This document shows positions 1 through 12,353 of a DNA stretch of 58,896 bases, one piece after another; the first letter of the stretch is position 1; each line of letters opens with the position of its first letter. The DNA comes from Negaprion brevirostris (lineage: Eukaryota), in the NCBI GenBank assembly GCA_030324005.1, contig JARDVH010000001.1, positions 146,479,945-146,538,840 of the forward strand, written 5' to 3'. Under the pieces are notes generated by a model. It was not told the DNA's origin. It made no database searches and was given only the letters and a program-made list of their open reading frames with translations. A program made the position numbers and the translations under genes.

Positions 1-89
1 TTTGAGCTATAATTTTGTATTGTTTCTATAACCTCCCTGATTTTGCACTCAAAAACCTCGGATTTAGAAGCCCAAGATGCCTTGCAACC

Positions 90-1980
90 GTTGAAGATCT
101 ATACAAGTGCACCCTGTGTCTTCTGTCCCTGCACACTCTTTAGAATTACGCTGTCATGTCCATATTGCCTCTTCCTGTCACTTTTGCCAAAATGCATCAC
201 CTCACACTTTTCTGTATTAAATTTCATTTGCCACTTGTCTGTTTTGCCAGCCCATCTATGTCTATTATAGTTGATTGATATCAGCTTTGCTGTCTGCCAA
301 CCTCCAAGGTCCTAGCACTGAATCTTGAGGGACACCATTATTTATCCTCCTCCAGTCTGAAAAGCAATCTGTCATGACTTGCTCCTTGCTGTCCTTAAGC
401 CAAATTTTTTATATTACCAGGCTGATAACAGTCCTCCCTCCTATTGAATCATTTTGTTAACCAGTTTGAGGTAGTTGGTCAAACACTTCCTTGAAATCCA
501 CCAAGACATCTACTGCAATCCCTTCAATGTTCTGTTACTTTACGGAAATATTCAATTATATCTGCACACCTCTTCAAGTGCCTGGTAATATTTTCCTTGA
601 CTGCTATCTCTAAAACCTTACCTATGCCTGCTAAGTGCCTGGCCCATAGTCATGTGGAATGTCCTTGCACCTTTTCTTTAATCAGGGTGTCAGATTTTCC
701 CCATTCCAATCCTCTGGCACTTCCGCCATATTTAGCCCTACTGCTACTTCAACTCCCACTTCCTTCAGCAACCTGAATTGCAAGCAATTGGGACAAGGAG
801 CTTTATCCACTCCAAGCACTGCCAACCTTTCCAATACACCCATATCACCAATTTTCAACCAATCCATTACATTAACATTTTTGTTTCTATATTTTCTCAG
901 TATCCTCATGGTAAACATCAATACAAAGTGCTCATTACATATTCTAGTCTTGCCCTGAGTCTATCAACATATATTGCTTGTTGCCCCAATTGGGGATATG
1001 GGACCTCTTAATATGAACTTACTATTCATGTACTGGAGATTTTCCTGTCACTATTATGTTAGCTGACTCTTGCTGGCATGTACTTGGCGTGCACCTGATA
1101 TATGTTCTCAAAGATCACCCATTGTTCAATTACAGCTTTTCATGTAATGGTTCCATTTTACCCTGGCTAGATCCCCTCTCACCTGAATGAATTTACCCCC
1201 TTTCAATTTAGAAGTTCTCCTTTAGATTGTTCATCGCTCTCCTCCATTACTAATCTCAACCTTGTTCTTTGTTCTCCATTACCAATCTAATCCTCAAGAA
1301 CAATAATCACTCTTAAAGTGTCACCTATAGACCACTCGGCCACCTTATTCCTTAGTACCAGATCCAGGAATGCCTCCTTCATATTTGGACTGAGAACATA
1401 CTATTGAAGTCCCCCCGATGTCACCATTCTACAGTTCTTGTGCATCTCCGCGGCTTCCTTGAAGACTTGCTCCTCTCGCGATATGGAGCTCTGCTGAATA
1501 CCTCCAGCAGTGTGATCATGATGTTTTTTTTTCTGCTCACCTCTAATGAAATAGATTTTTGTCCTTTCTTCCTCAAGGACATTCTCCCTTTCCAACTCCT
1601 AAACAGCGCTGCTACCTCACCTTTTTTTCCTTCCCTATCTTTTTTGAAAACAGTACATCTTTTATCAAACACCCAGTCCTCATCGTTTAAGCCACAATTC
1701 CATTGCTGCCACTATATCAAATTTCCCCAATGCAATTTGTACTTGCTGCTCAATAATCTTATTCAACACACTTCTGCATCTACATACATGCATTCCAAAT
1801 TTGCCTTTATTCTTTGTGATCATTCTTAGTCTGCCCCTATCTAATATAGTACTATTTCCTCCACTACTACTACACATGTATCTCATTCCTCTCTTCTACT
1901 TCTCTGGGATACTGCCCAACCCGTGACCAATTTAGTTTGAACCCTCCCAAACATACCAGTAAACCTCTCAGCAAAGATAT
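90..1980 (-). mobile_element. Decayed CR1 LINE (ORF2 remnants); probably continues at about 2335-2560 beyond the SINE
   Basis: Minus strand at about 185-235 encodes WQMKFNTEKCEVMHFG; further CR1-like pieces are heavily eroded. Confidence 0.65.
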
Positions 1981-2002
1981 TGGTTTTAATCGTAAGATTA
2001 AA

Positions 2003-2328
2003 GGTGGCACGGTAGCACAGTGGTTAGCACTGCTGCTTCACAGCTCCAGAGTCTTGGGTTCGATTCCCAGCTCGGGTCACTGTCTGTGTGGAGTCTGCAC
2101 TTTCTCCTCGTGTCTGCGTGGGTTTCCTCCCACAGTCCCAAGATTTGCAGATTAGGTTGATTGGCTATGCTAAGAAGTTGCCCCTTAGTGTCCAGGGATA
2201 GGTAGATTAGAGGGATTAGTGGGTATAATATGTAGGGATATAGGGGTAGGCCTGGGTAGGATTGTGTTTAGTGCAGACTTAATGGGCCGAAGGGCCTCTT
2301 TCTGCACTGGAGGTTTCTATGATTCTAT
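2003..2328 (+). mobile_element. tRNA-derived SINE, HE1/V-SINE type, with CR1-like tail
   Basis: A box tagcacagtgg, B box ggttcgattccc, V-domain tgtctgtgtggag...gggtttcctcc, tail atgggccgaagggcct...ttctatgattctat. Confidence 0.85.
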
Positions 2329-2614
2329 AAGATACATCCTATCCCTTTTGGATACGTGCTTCCTGCTCCACACGTCTATTTTTGCTATTCCCTCCTGTCC
2401 CTTGCCTATTGGTGCCATAGTCTGGACTGCACCACCACTCCAAGAAACTTCCACCATTGAATACTGGTCTGAGAGTGACATGCACCCAGACCCCTAATAT
2501 CTGCAGCCTCTTCCTAATCTTCAGATGGCCATCCAACTACTGTACTGGACTCTTACTGTTTGTGCTCAGTGCTTGGCAAGTGACTGAGCATCTCACACAT
2601 TGCTAATTACTTAC

Positions 2615-2723
2615 CTTTTCTATAGTAGATCTCAAAAGCAAAAAGATGGGTTTCAATTTTGTTCTTTACCAAGGTTTTCAGAGGAGTCAAAAATTTAATG
2701 GCTTCTTCAAGTGGACTGTCCAC
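2615..2723 (-). CDS. NAA15: NAA15 exon 16 (109 nt) [36 protein letters not shown]
   Basis: Acceptor aaatag, donor gtaagt; manual translation. Confidence 0.95.
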
Positions 2724-3281
2724 CTATTTAACAGAAAACAAACTTGTGAAGATTCTGGCTTTGATGCTGCAAAAGCTCTAGCAACAATGTTTATGTTGGT
2801 ACCACCTGGGGTGAGGACACCAATTGGTCCTCCCTGACATCCAAGAGCACTTCCATGAGACAGTATTTGGGATCAGAGGCTCTGCACCATTCCTCATCTC
2901 ACAAACAGTGTTGCAAAACTGTGGCAAATGAACAGCTGTCTTATTTTAGGAGAAATAATGCTGCACAGAACAAAGGTTTTTCTGGTACACAAGAGATAGC
3001 TAACTAGTTTGGCTAATCATGAAATATCAGGTTGACACGTTGCATTTTTAACATTATTGTTTAGAAAATTCAGTTTAAACAAGGGACTACTTTGGCTGAA
3101 GGGCAGTAAAGGCAGGGAAGAAACAGGATGCAAAACAAGGAGCTCAAGTTCCCAAGAAAAACAGAAGTTCAAAAACTATAATCAAAGGCATCCCAAGTCC
3201 TTGGTTGCATGGTATTTTTGTTAATCTACTCCACATAGACAACCCAAACTTCAGAGTAACGACACAAGCTTTGTTGCATAC

Positions 3282-3475
3282 CTTTGCTAATTTTTCGGGT
3301 ACAAGCTCCTCCTTTTGTGCACCAATCTCTTCCTCATCCTCTTCCTTCTTCTTGCGTTGATTTTTCAGCTGCTTTTCTTTTTCTGCATTCCTCTTCTCTT
3401 CTTCCAATTGTGCCTTCTTCTGCGCCCGACGCTGCTTATTCCGTAACTTCTTTAATTCTTTATCTGACAGATTTG
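3282..3475 (-). CDS. NAA15: NAA15 exon 15 (194 nt), lysine/glutamate-rich helix [27 protein letters not shown]...PEKLAK
   Basis: ORF 3144..3566; acceptor ctgtag, donor gtatgc. Confidence 0.96.
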
Positions 3476-3619
3476 CTACAGGAAAAGAAAAACAGACATT
3501 TAATGTTTTGGGAATGAACAAAATAAACCAACTAGCCCATTTGCTGTCGGCTACCATGTTTATCAAGAAGAAAGGAGGAAGAACAAGATTAAATCATTTA
3601 ACCAGAAGTCAACAAATAC

Positions 3620-3833
3620 CTGTATCAGCTTCCAATTCTTTGTTTTCGTCAGTTAATGGATGATCATGAAGTTTCAGGTAGATCTCAATAGCCACTTTTG
3701 CAGCTTTAAAATAAAATGGATGACATCGGAGCACATCTTCTAGCTTAAGTAAATCCACATACGACCTCAATGTCATTTTCCTCATGCAATACGTGTGGAA
3801 ATCAAACTGGTCATCTGTAATTTCTGCAAAATG
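3620..3833 (-). CDS. NAA15: NAA15 exon 14 (214 nt) [71 protein letters not shown]
   Basis: Acceptor aaatag, donor gtattt; conserved [12 protein letters not shown] motif. Confidence 0.96.
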
Positions 3834-3994
3834 CTATTTTAAAACAAAAAGCTTAAAATCAGCATGGAATCTTACACATAGAAGCACAAAGGTAAACCAT
3901 TGATTTCTTAATGTTTCATTTTATAGCCATGTGCAGATATGCTGTTCTCCAGTCCAGTGGATCTATGGAGCAACTAGTTTGAGAAAGAAGAAGT

Positions 3995-4092
3995 GGAATT
4001 TTATGGTCCTGTCAATGTGGCTAGCCACTCTAAACTCCATCAACTTCAGTGAGGACAGAAGATCGTGTCAGCCAGAAGGGTGGTAAAATTCC
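3995..4092. mobile_element. Small MITE-like element
   Basis: Perfect 9-bp TIR ggaatttta/taaaattcc; similar ends at 28341-28430 and about 13123-13580. Confidence 0.4.
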
Positions 4093-4740
4093 TTCTTTTT
4101 TCAGTTTTTAATGGCTGGTTTTCTGAAATATGACTAAATAGATTTAAATATTTGAAATAAGAACAGAAACCCACATTCCATTGAATCCCGTGGACTTATA
4201 TCAGTAATAGTATCCCTTCAAAGTCACCAACACCAGTATAAAAATGACTTTTTAGATTACAATGTAGGAAAACAGCAGAAGTTTTAATTCACAAAAATAT
4301 GATGTGCAAGATATTTTGTAATGCAACTGGCAAAGCCGAGCAAGAATAAAACCTTTGGGAAATATTCCTGCGACACTTAACATTCTAGATTAGATATGGA
4401 ATTTACTTGTGCAAAATTTAAACATTTCATCTTCATATTTCATTACTTAAAACTGTTGTTCAGTTTTAGCAAGTTTACATCCTGTGAACATTATGTAATA
4501 AATATACTGTTCACTTTGCTTCAACATAGCCCCAAGCAATCTGTTTTTATAGCGAATGCACTTGCCACACCAGAATTTTCATGCTACATTTACGTTTAGT
4601 GGTATAAATATAGTACTTCTTAATTCCAACCGACAGTCACTGAATCCAAAACAGTTCAAACTATATTCATTACAACCATAAATGGTTATTGGCAGAATGT
4701 TTGTTTCCATTATAAATAAATTAGTCACAAACACTACATG

Positions 4741-5004
4741 TTTATTATTAGCGTCACAGGTAGGTTTACATTAATATTGCAACCAAGTTACTGTGAAAAT
4801 CCCCTAGTTGCCACAGTCCAGTGCCTGTTTGAATACACTGAGGGAGAATTTTAGTCCGGCCAATGCACCTAACCAACATGTCTTTCAGACTGTGAGAGGA
4901 AACCAGGGAGAACGTGCAGATTCCACACAGACAGTGACCCAAGCTGGGAAGTGAACCCAGGCCATTGACGCTGTGAGGCAGCAGTGCTAACCAGCGTGCC
5001 ACCC
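4741..5004 (-). mobile_element. tRNA-derived V-SINE with alternative tail (...tgtgacgctaataataaa)
   Basis: Same head and core as 2003-2328 in reverse orientation, with a different 3' half. Confidence 0.8.
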
Positions 5005-6174
5005 ATTAGGGTTAACTCGGCATTTGAAAAGACTAGGGATATCCTTCTTTAACTACAGTGTTTTCAGTTACTAGATTGAAGCTCAAGAATGCTGCTTTTG
5101 GCACAGTAAGCTTTTAGTGAAAGGGAGCAAATGATTGTGTATAAATTTAACAATGCAAGCATATATTAACATATATTTATGTTAAAAGAACTATTTCAAC
5201 CAGCCACTAGAGAAAAAAATTCCAGTTTTCAAATCAATCTCAGATAAGAATTGTCTCAGTTTTGATTTTAGGTGGTATGTTTCAAAGTTTTAAAAGTAGA
5301 AAGTCGATGAGGATTCTTGCATTGTGGTTAAGTTGATCTATAGGTGACCAGTACTTATAGAAGGTGTATTAACTTAGATCTTGTCATCGTTTTGGATAGT
5401 ATGTTTCTTAAATGATCTCCAATACCGCTTCAATCTGCAACTTGGAATTGAAAACCAGTCCCTCTCAACTGGAATAAAGCAACCACTGAAGTAACATATT
5501 CCCAACACTGACTTATTGTTGGGTCAGTGTACCTAGTTGGATACCTTTCCTCAAAGAATGACGGAGAATGGTTTTACATTCTATAGTCCACAAATCCGTT
5601 TGTGGTGTATGAGCTGTTTGGCAGCCTTTTTGAGAAGTGTAAAGGAACACAAATGAGTAATTTTTTTTGTGCGTCACAAGAGCTGCAAGAATTTGGCCTA
5701 AAAGTGGAATCTGTTTACCGGATGCTGTGTGTGTCTTTTTGCTATAATATATTCCCTTACTTGTCGTAAATGAAACTGAACAAATAGTTTGGCTTGTATA
5801 TAGCAGCCTGATCGTTCTATTTTCTTTCCTCCTAACTGATTGGAGCCCTGCCATTCACAAGTAATTGGCCATAATTCAAAGTTAATAGTTACACCTTGGC
5901 TACAACTAACCCATTCATGATAGAGGATGAAGGCACATGCTAGGCTCAGAAAAGACCATCTGTACTCTGAATGAAGCCTGTAACACAGTGCAACAATCCA
6001 ACAAGTGAACAGTAAATTTTTAAATAAAGAAATACAAAGACAAACATGGGAGAGACAGAGCAGCACTTTCATTTTGCATTACTTGGAACTGATGTTGGAT
6101 TTTCTTCCTACCACCCACTTCAAACAGCAACATATTTAATACCACACAAAGATATTCTGCTTTCTTGAACTTAC

Positions 6175-6303
6175 CCTCTCTATTTCATGACACTTCTTCA
6201 GAGACTCTCCATATTTGTTCATTGACTGATAGGCCAGAGCACATTCTGTCTGGAACCACATACATTGCATCTCATTCAGATTGTCCACTGCAGCTGTTCC
6301 TTC
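6175..6303 (-). CDS. NAA15: NAA15 exon 13 (129 nt) [43 protein letters not shown]
   Basis: Acceptor aattag, donor gtaagt; manual translation. Confidence 0.95.
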
Positions 6304-6713
6304 CTAATTAAAAAAGTTACAAAATGAACATATAACCTGAAAGTTCAGCAACACGATTTGGAAATTATACCTTAGCTATTTATTACACCATCTGGTTAAC
6401 AATGACATTCAGTGAAAATGATGCACCAGGAAGTTTAGCTCAGTTAAGCAACCAATTAAACCATCAGATCAAAAAATTATGCATGTCATGGGCCTACATT
6501 ATCAGTACACAGTAATTCATATACTATAGGGTGTGTTTTTAAAAGTTCTCTTTCCTAGATAGCAAACTACCATTTTTATGAAGTATCCTTACCAACTGCA
6601 AATGTAGAGTACCATGCAAAGCATATGCAAATAAATTATATAAAAACAAAATTCACACCACGTTATTTGTCATGTAGCTTATGTTCATAACAACTGCTTT
6701 TAGCGTATACTTA

Positions 6714-6887
<174 letters not shown>

Positions 6888-7216
6888 CTACAGGGTAAAT
6901 AATGTTATGTTAGACAGGGGAATTAGTACAGTTCAATGTCACCAATTTCATTGCAAACACAAATCTTTAGTTTACAGGCATATGCTTAAAATATTTACAT
7001 TTCAAATCAATTCAGATTCAGCAAACTTTTATATTAAACACTCTTTACGACGAACCAACCACAACAAAAATAATTTTTTTTTAAAAAAAAGACTGCATTG
7101 CCAGATTGGTATGAATGGAGGAGGAAGAAATTAGGAACATGACAATTTGTGTGTTTAAACACTTCAAATTTCAGAAACAGTGTTCCTAAAGTACAGAATT
7201 ATTTTGACATTTTTAC

Positions 7217-7386
7217 CTTGTAGATTTTGGCCTTGACAAGGAACAGTTCTATGAGAGTTGGGGTACTCTCAATTGCAGCATTAATGTATTCCAAGGCCAG
7301 AGAGGGTTGTCCAATTCTATCATAATGTTGAGCTAAAAAGTACTGGACCCACAGTCGAGTAGTAGGTGGTTCAAGGTTTCCATCAT
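7217..7386 (-). CDS. NAA15: NAA15 exon 11 (170 nt) [56 protein letters not shown]
   Basis: ORF 7199..7396; acceptor ttatag, donor gtaaaa. Confidence 0.96.
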
Positions 7387-7462
7387 CTATAAACACAGAG
7401 GAAGAAAACTAAATTCAAATGGAATCTTAAATAGTTTTGAGGCAAGCATGCAAAATTATTTA

Positions 7463-8560
7463 AAACAAGTTGCATTTATATGGTGTCCAACCATAATAAA
7501 AACAACCCAAGGCACTTCACACGGGTGCTCTGAATCCAAGTTTGACATTAAGCTCTATAAGATACAAGGCAGGTGAACAAAAGAATGTTCAAAAAGGTAG
7601 GAATTAAAGGCTGTCCTAAAAGTGGGCAGTGAAGCTTCAGGAGAGAATTCCAGAGCTTAGGGCCTTGGCAGCTGAAGACATGGCCTTCAACGGTGGAACA
7701 ATTGCAATTGGGATACTCAAGGGGCCAGCATTACACTGAAGATAGGTTGGAGTCGGTGGGCCTGGAGTAGGCCATACAAAAAAGGACAGGCAAGTCCACG
7801 GAAGAATCTGAAAACAAGGATGAGAGTTTTAAAATCAAGGTGTTGCTTAACTAAGCACAGGTCAGTGAGAATAGGGATGATTGATGAAGAGCACTTCGTG
7901 TGAATTAGGACATGGCCGCAGACGTTCAGATGACCTCAGGTTTTGATGGTAGAATGTGGGAATACACCAGAATTGCCAAATCTAGAGGACACAAAAGGTT
8001 GAAGGTTTCAGCAAATGAGCTGAGGCTAGGATGGAGCTTGGAGATGTCATGGAGGTGGAAATAGACATTCCTATTGATGGTGTGGATATGATGTTAGAAG
8101 TTCATCTTAGCATCAAATTTGACACCAGTAAGAGGGCTGGAGTTGGTGTTTAGGAAATTGAGTTTTTTTTTTGCAAGTATCAAACACGATAGTTATGGTC
8201 TTCCCAACATTTAGCTCAAAGAAATTTCTACTCAAAGTCTGACAATTTGGTGAGTAGAGAGCTGAGACATATGATGGTGAGATACACTGGATGTTGTCAT
8301 GGGACACAAAACATTGGTGCCGGACTTTAACATGATGTCAGCAAGGGAAGCACCTTGATCAGCAATAAGAAGGGGCCAAGGACAGATTATTGGAGGACAA
8401 CGTACGAAATGGTGTGACAACAGATAGAGGAGCCACTACAGGTGATTCTATCTATTAGACGGATAAGAACACAACCAAGCAAATGCAGCCCACCCAGCTG
8501 GACAACAGTGGAGAGACATTGGAGGAGGATTGCGTGGGTAACTGTGTCAAAAACCACATA
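7463..8560 (-). mobile_element. L2-type LINE 3' fragment
   Basis: Tail aacaagttgcatttatatgg; gagaattccagagcttagggcc motif shared with other copies. Confidence 0.6.
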
Positions 8561-8589
8561 TCCTTAGCCGGAGGGGTCAGTTGCATCCC

Positions 8590-9540
8590 GTAATGAGTTT
8601 CAAATTGAAAGGCAATGGTAATTTCAGGAGTCAGTTTGCATATGCAGCTTGACAAAGTGTGTAATTTTGAGTTTATTTTTCATTATTTTGTAGACAGTGG
8701 CCATGTATAAGTATTGAATTTTGTGTATTTCTCCACGATGCTGGAGATGGGCTGGGTTAGTTTGTCATTCTTCACCTCGAAGTGCAAGTGCAAAATGAAC
8801 TAATAGAAAAGTTGAGAGAATTTTGTTTTTATAAACAAAAAATCTTCAGAGTGAAGTGATAAGTTCACACAAAATTGTTTAACCTATTGTTGTGAATGCT
8901 ATTTGTGGTTTTGAGTGTCCCATTATAGGAATAATAATGAAACCATATAGATTGTTGCCAGGAATGGGAAACTTAAACTTGGCTGGGACAATTTCCATGG
9001 AGCAGCGATGACTAAGGAGTGATTTAATAGAGGTGATTTAATAGTTTGAAATTTAGATTTTTTAATTGTGAACACAGGAAAAGTTATTTCCTCTGAAGAA
9101 TTGTTGAAGGGCCAGCAGTCTGAAATTCATTGAAGGAAAAAAGCATCCATTATTTCGTGTCCCCTAATGCATCTGATTCCCTTATATTGCACACCAAGAT
9201 ATTGTGCTTTGGTGACATTGTACAAAAACACATCCATAAATGCTAAACCACTCAGCCATATTGCATCATCTTTCTTGACCTTTCCATTACTCTCTGCTTG
9301 TAGAATTTCCTCCAATGAAAAATTTTGGGAAGACTAAAGCTAGTGTCTTCAGTACTCTTTACAAACTCTGCCACTGCTTTCCCAGGAAACTGCCTGTGGC
9401 TGAACTGGTTTGGTTGCAATCTCATGTCATATTTGACCAAGAAGAGTTTCTGACCATATTTCTGCTCCATTGCTAAGACACCTACTTCCAAATTTGCAAG
9501 AGTGTCCAACTCCATAATCTCAGTTCACTGGCTGCTGAAA
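8590..9540 (-). mobile_element. Possible hAT (SPIN/Buster-like) transposase remnant interrupted by a CR1 scrap
   Basis: WLSGLAFMDV resembles WLxDLAFLVD; the C-terminal NTY...KLTPEI resembles the hAT dimerisation domain. Confidence 0.4.
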
Positions 9541-9644
9541 CCCTNNNNNNNNNNNNNNNNNNNNNNNNNNNNNNNNNNNNNNNNNNNNNNNNNNNNNNNN
9601 NNNNNNNNNNNNNNNNNNNNNNNNNNNNNNNNNNNNNNNNNNNN

Positions 9645-10160
9645 AACCCTCATACATTTATTTGTTACCTCGAGACTTCACTTTCCCAAAGCGGTCCTCA
9701 TCAGCCTCCCATGTTCTCCCCTCTGAGCTTGAGCTCATCCTATTTACCAGCGCACGAAATCCCTTTTACCAATCAACCCAATGCTTATCGACTTGCACAA
9801 GCTCCTGGTTAAGCAATGCCTTTACTTTAAAACTTGCATCCTGGCTTTTAAATTCCTGCATGACCTTGTCCTTCCCAGCCTCTAATCTTGTTCAGATGCA
9901 CAACTATCCAAGATTTCTATGTTCCTCCAATTTCGACCTCTTGAGCATCCTTTAATTGTTCCACCACTGGTGACAGATTACAGCTGTCAAGGCCCTGAGT
10001 TCTGAAATGCCTTTCTTGGCCCTCTATCTCTCTTCCCTTCTTTAAGGCTGTCCGTCCTTAAAACCTAGCCTCTGTGACAAGCTTTCAGCCATCTGCCTTA
10101 ATACTTCACCTGACTCAGTTTCAAAATACCTTGGAAGGTTTTATTATGTTATAAAGAGCA
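9645..10160 (+). mobile_element. L2-type LINE 3' fragment
   Basis: LIHxFVTSRL motif; reverse complement of the 7463-7870 region. Confidence 0.6.
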
Positions 10161-11456
10161 TAAAAATATTATACAGAGTCAGTATAATTACACAGAATCA
10201 GCGCCATTACAGCAAAAGTGTCGGCCATTTGGCCCATTAAGTCCACGTCAGCATTAATAAGAATAAATTACATATGGATAATATTAATACTGAACGCATG
10301 TAACACAATCTTGGGGGAAGACACTCCTAAAATGAATTAAAACAGTTGTTATAACCACAATCAATTTAGTTTTAGTTTTATTTCACATTATGTTGTGTAT
10401 ATAGATTTGCAATAGAGCAGATAATGGTCAACATCTTAATGTTTAAGGGTTAGATTAATCAATTGTAGAACAGCAGGTTTCCACTTAGTTTGGCTCTTGC
10501 ATTCTGAATAAATTGAAATGAAAGGAATACGGATAGAACAGAATACATACACAGACTTATGATTTTAACACATTACCTAACCTTTATTTTAAGCAAGGAT
10601 AGTTGTTCAGGTCAGAGCAACTCAAAAATTTGTTCGGAATGGGTAGAGTTGACTGGGTTAAATTTCCTATAATTTTAGGAAGTCTACTGTACTGGAATTC
10701 TTTTTACCTTGCTTTGAAAGCATGATGGTGCTGGACAAACCACAGGAGATTTAACATTGAACGTTGTTGGTATGTTGCAGGATTTTAGTTGGTTAGGTGC
10801 GACAACACCCTGAAGACAATTTACTGAGAAATTCTTCAGACTTATCTCTCAGCAACCACACCAAAACTGGAAACTGTTTAAGAAACCTGGCTGTGTCCTT
10901 AGAAAGGGCATGCACTCCCTAACAGATGAACCATAAATCTCTCGATACATTTGGTTTAGAATCTTGAGCATGGTGATGACTTACTGCTAATGTCACACAA
11001 CTAGCTGCCCAAAACAAACTTCAGGTTTGGAAATACCAATACCACAGAAATACCTAAAAGGTTTAATGTGTATTTGACTGAGCAGCATTTGATGATTGCG
11101 CTGGTTGCGTCATTCTATTTCCCATTCCTTACCCATATGTATGCAAGAAAAAAAATTGACAATTTAAAATCTAACAGTTCATCTATTGACACCAATTTTT
11201 ACATATGAGTTTGTGGAAGATTTCTAGCTGCCTAATGTTGAAAAGGAACCAAAGAAATCTCAGACAGAAACTATTAAATTCAGCAGCAGAGGGGGGTTGA
11301 TTGAAGTTACAGAAATAAGTGGATATTTAGAATTATTATTTCAAAAAAAGTACACAACGTTGAGACTCTTGATGCAATTTCAATTATCTGTAAATGCTTT
11401 TAAAAATAAATAAAACCAGTACATTTGTTAAGTCCATTGAAGGTTACTGCAACGTA

Positions 11457-11889
11457 CAGGTACAATGTCTTAAAACCAGCAACTTCTGGACCGAGCCCAT
11501 GCCAGATTTCAGATCTGGCCAGTTTTTGAAATGAAATTGGAATCTTAATTCAATTAACAGAAGACATGTGAAATCAAATGAACATACCTCACTTTAAATT
11601 ACTTTAATTATTTTTCCAAACGTTAAAGTAAGGCCGACTTGTAGGCTGTGTTGCATTCAAAGTACCAGTCTGTCAGGGGGGTCAGGTCCAAATGGACCAC
11701 TTGAGGGTGGGAAAAAACTCACATGCAAAGCCCAGGCCAGCACTATGCCAATGAATAACCTAACTGAATTGTTCCAGTAAGGTATCTTAATCATTCAAGA
11801 ATTAAAATAAATGCGTAGCATCTTAGAAAAACGTCCACTCTTTGGACATCTTGAGCTTTTGGATAGTTGGGTTTGAGATAGTGGACCTG
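11457..11889. mobile_element. Tc1/mariner-pogo (Tigger-like) MITE
   Basis: Imperfect TIRs caggtacaatgtcttaaaacca and (reverse complement) caggtccactatctcaaaccca, flanked by TA on both sides (11455-11456, 11890-11891). Confidence 0.65.
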
Positions 11890-12082
11890 TACATGACTTC
11901 ACCTCAAGGTAACAGGACTTAAAAATGCAGTTAGATTTTAATCATGCAGCACTTTGAAGATCACTTTGACAAAAAAAGTGTCATACCACCACCTCCATCC
12001 AAAAGTGTATGTTTTTGAAAGGGTCCAAGAACAAAGCAAGGTTCAACATTTATGTCATGCATATACAAACAATGAAACTTAC

Positions 12083-12155
12083 CATTTGGGTTAAAGAGAT
12101 TGCAACTTTTCAAAGAAGTTTCATACCCAACTACTAATTCTTCTAGAATTGATAC
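12083..12155 (-). CDS. NAA15: NAA15 exon 10 (73 nt) [24 protein letters not shown]
   Basis: Acceptor ttatag, donor gtaagt; separated from exon 9 by a 91-nt intron. Confidence 0.95.
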
Positions 12156-12246
12156 CTATAAAAATAAAAAAGATCCTTAAAACTTTCTCCTTTGAAACAA
12201 AATTAACAATTCAAGAGCTCAGATACAGTATGAACAAAGCAATTAC

Positions 12247-12353
12247 CTTCTCTTTATCATTGTATAATGACTTCAGGGTTGTAAACACAGGAGGACAACC
12301 TTTGCTGAAATTTATCCTCAAATATTTGTCCAAAACCTCTCTGAACTTTTCCC
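12247..12353 (-). CDS. NAA15: NAA15 exon 9 (107 nt) [35 protein letters not shown]
   Basis: Acceptor tgccag, donor gtaatt; manual translation. Confidence 0.95.

Noticed and set aside
2003-2075. tRNA gene-like A/B boxes (also in other SINE heads)
   Set aside because: Each continues into a SINE core and tail; these are not stand-alone tRNA genes.
5513-6072. Overlapping 113-aa and 124-aa ORFs and a small hairpin (acactgac...gtcagtgt, about 5505-5530) in intron 13
   Set aside because: No recognisable homology, splice context or snoRNA boxes; the hairpin is short enough to be chance.
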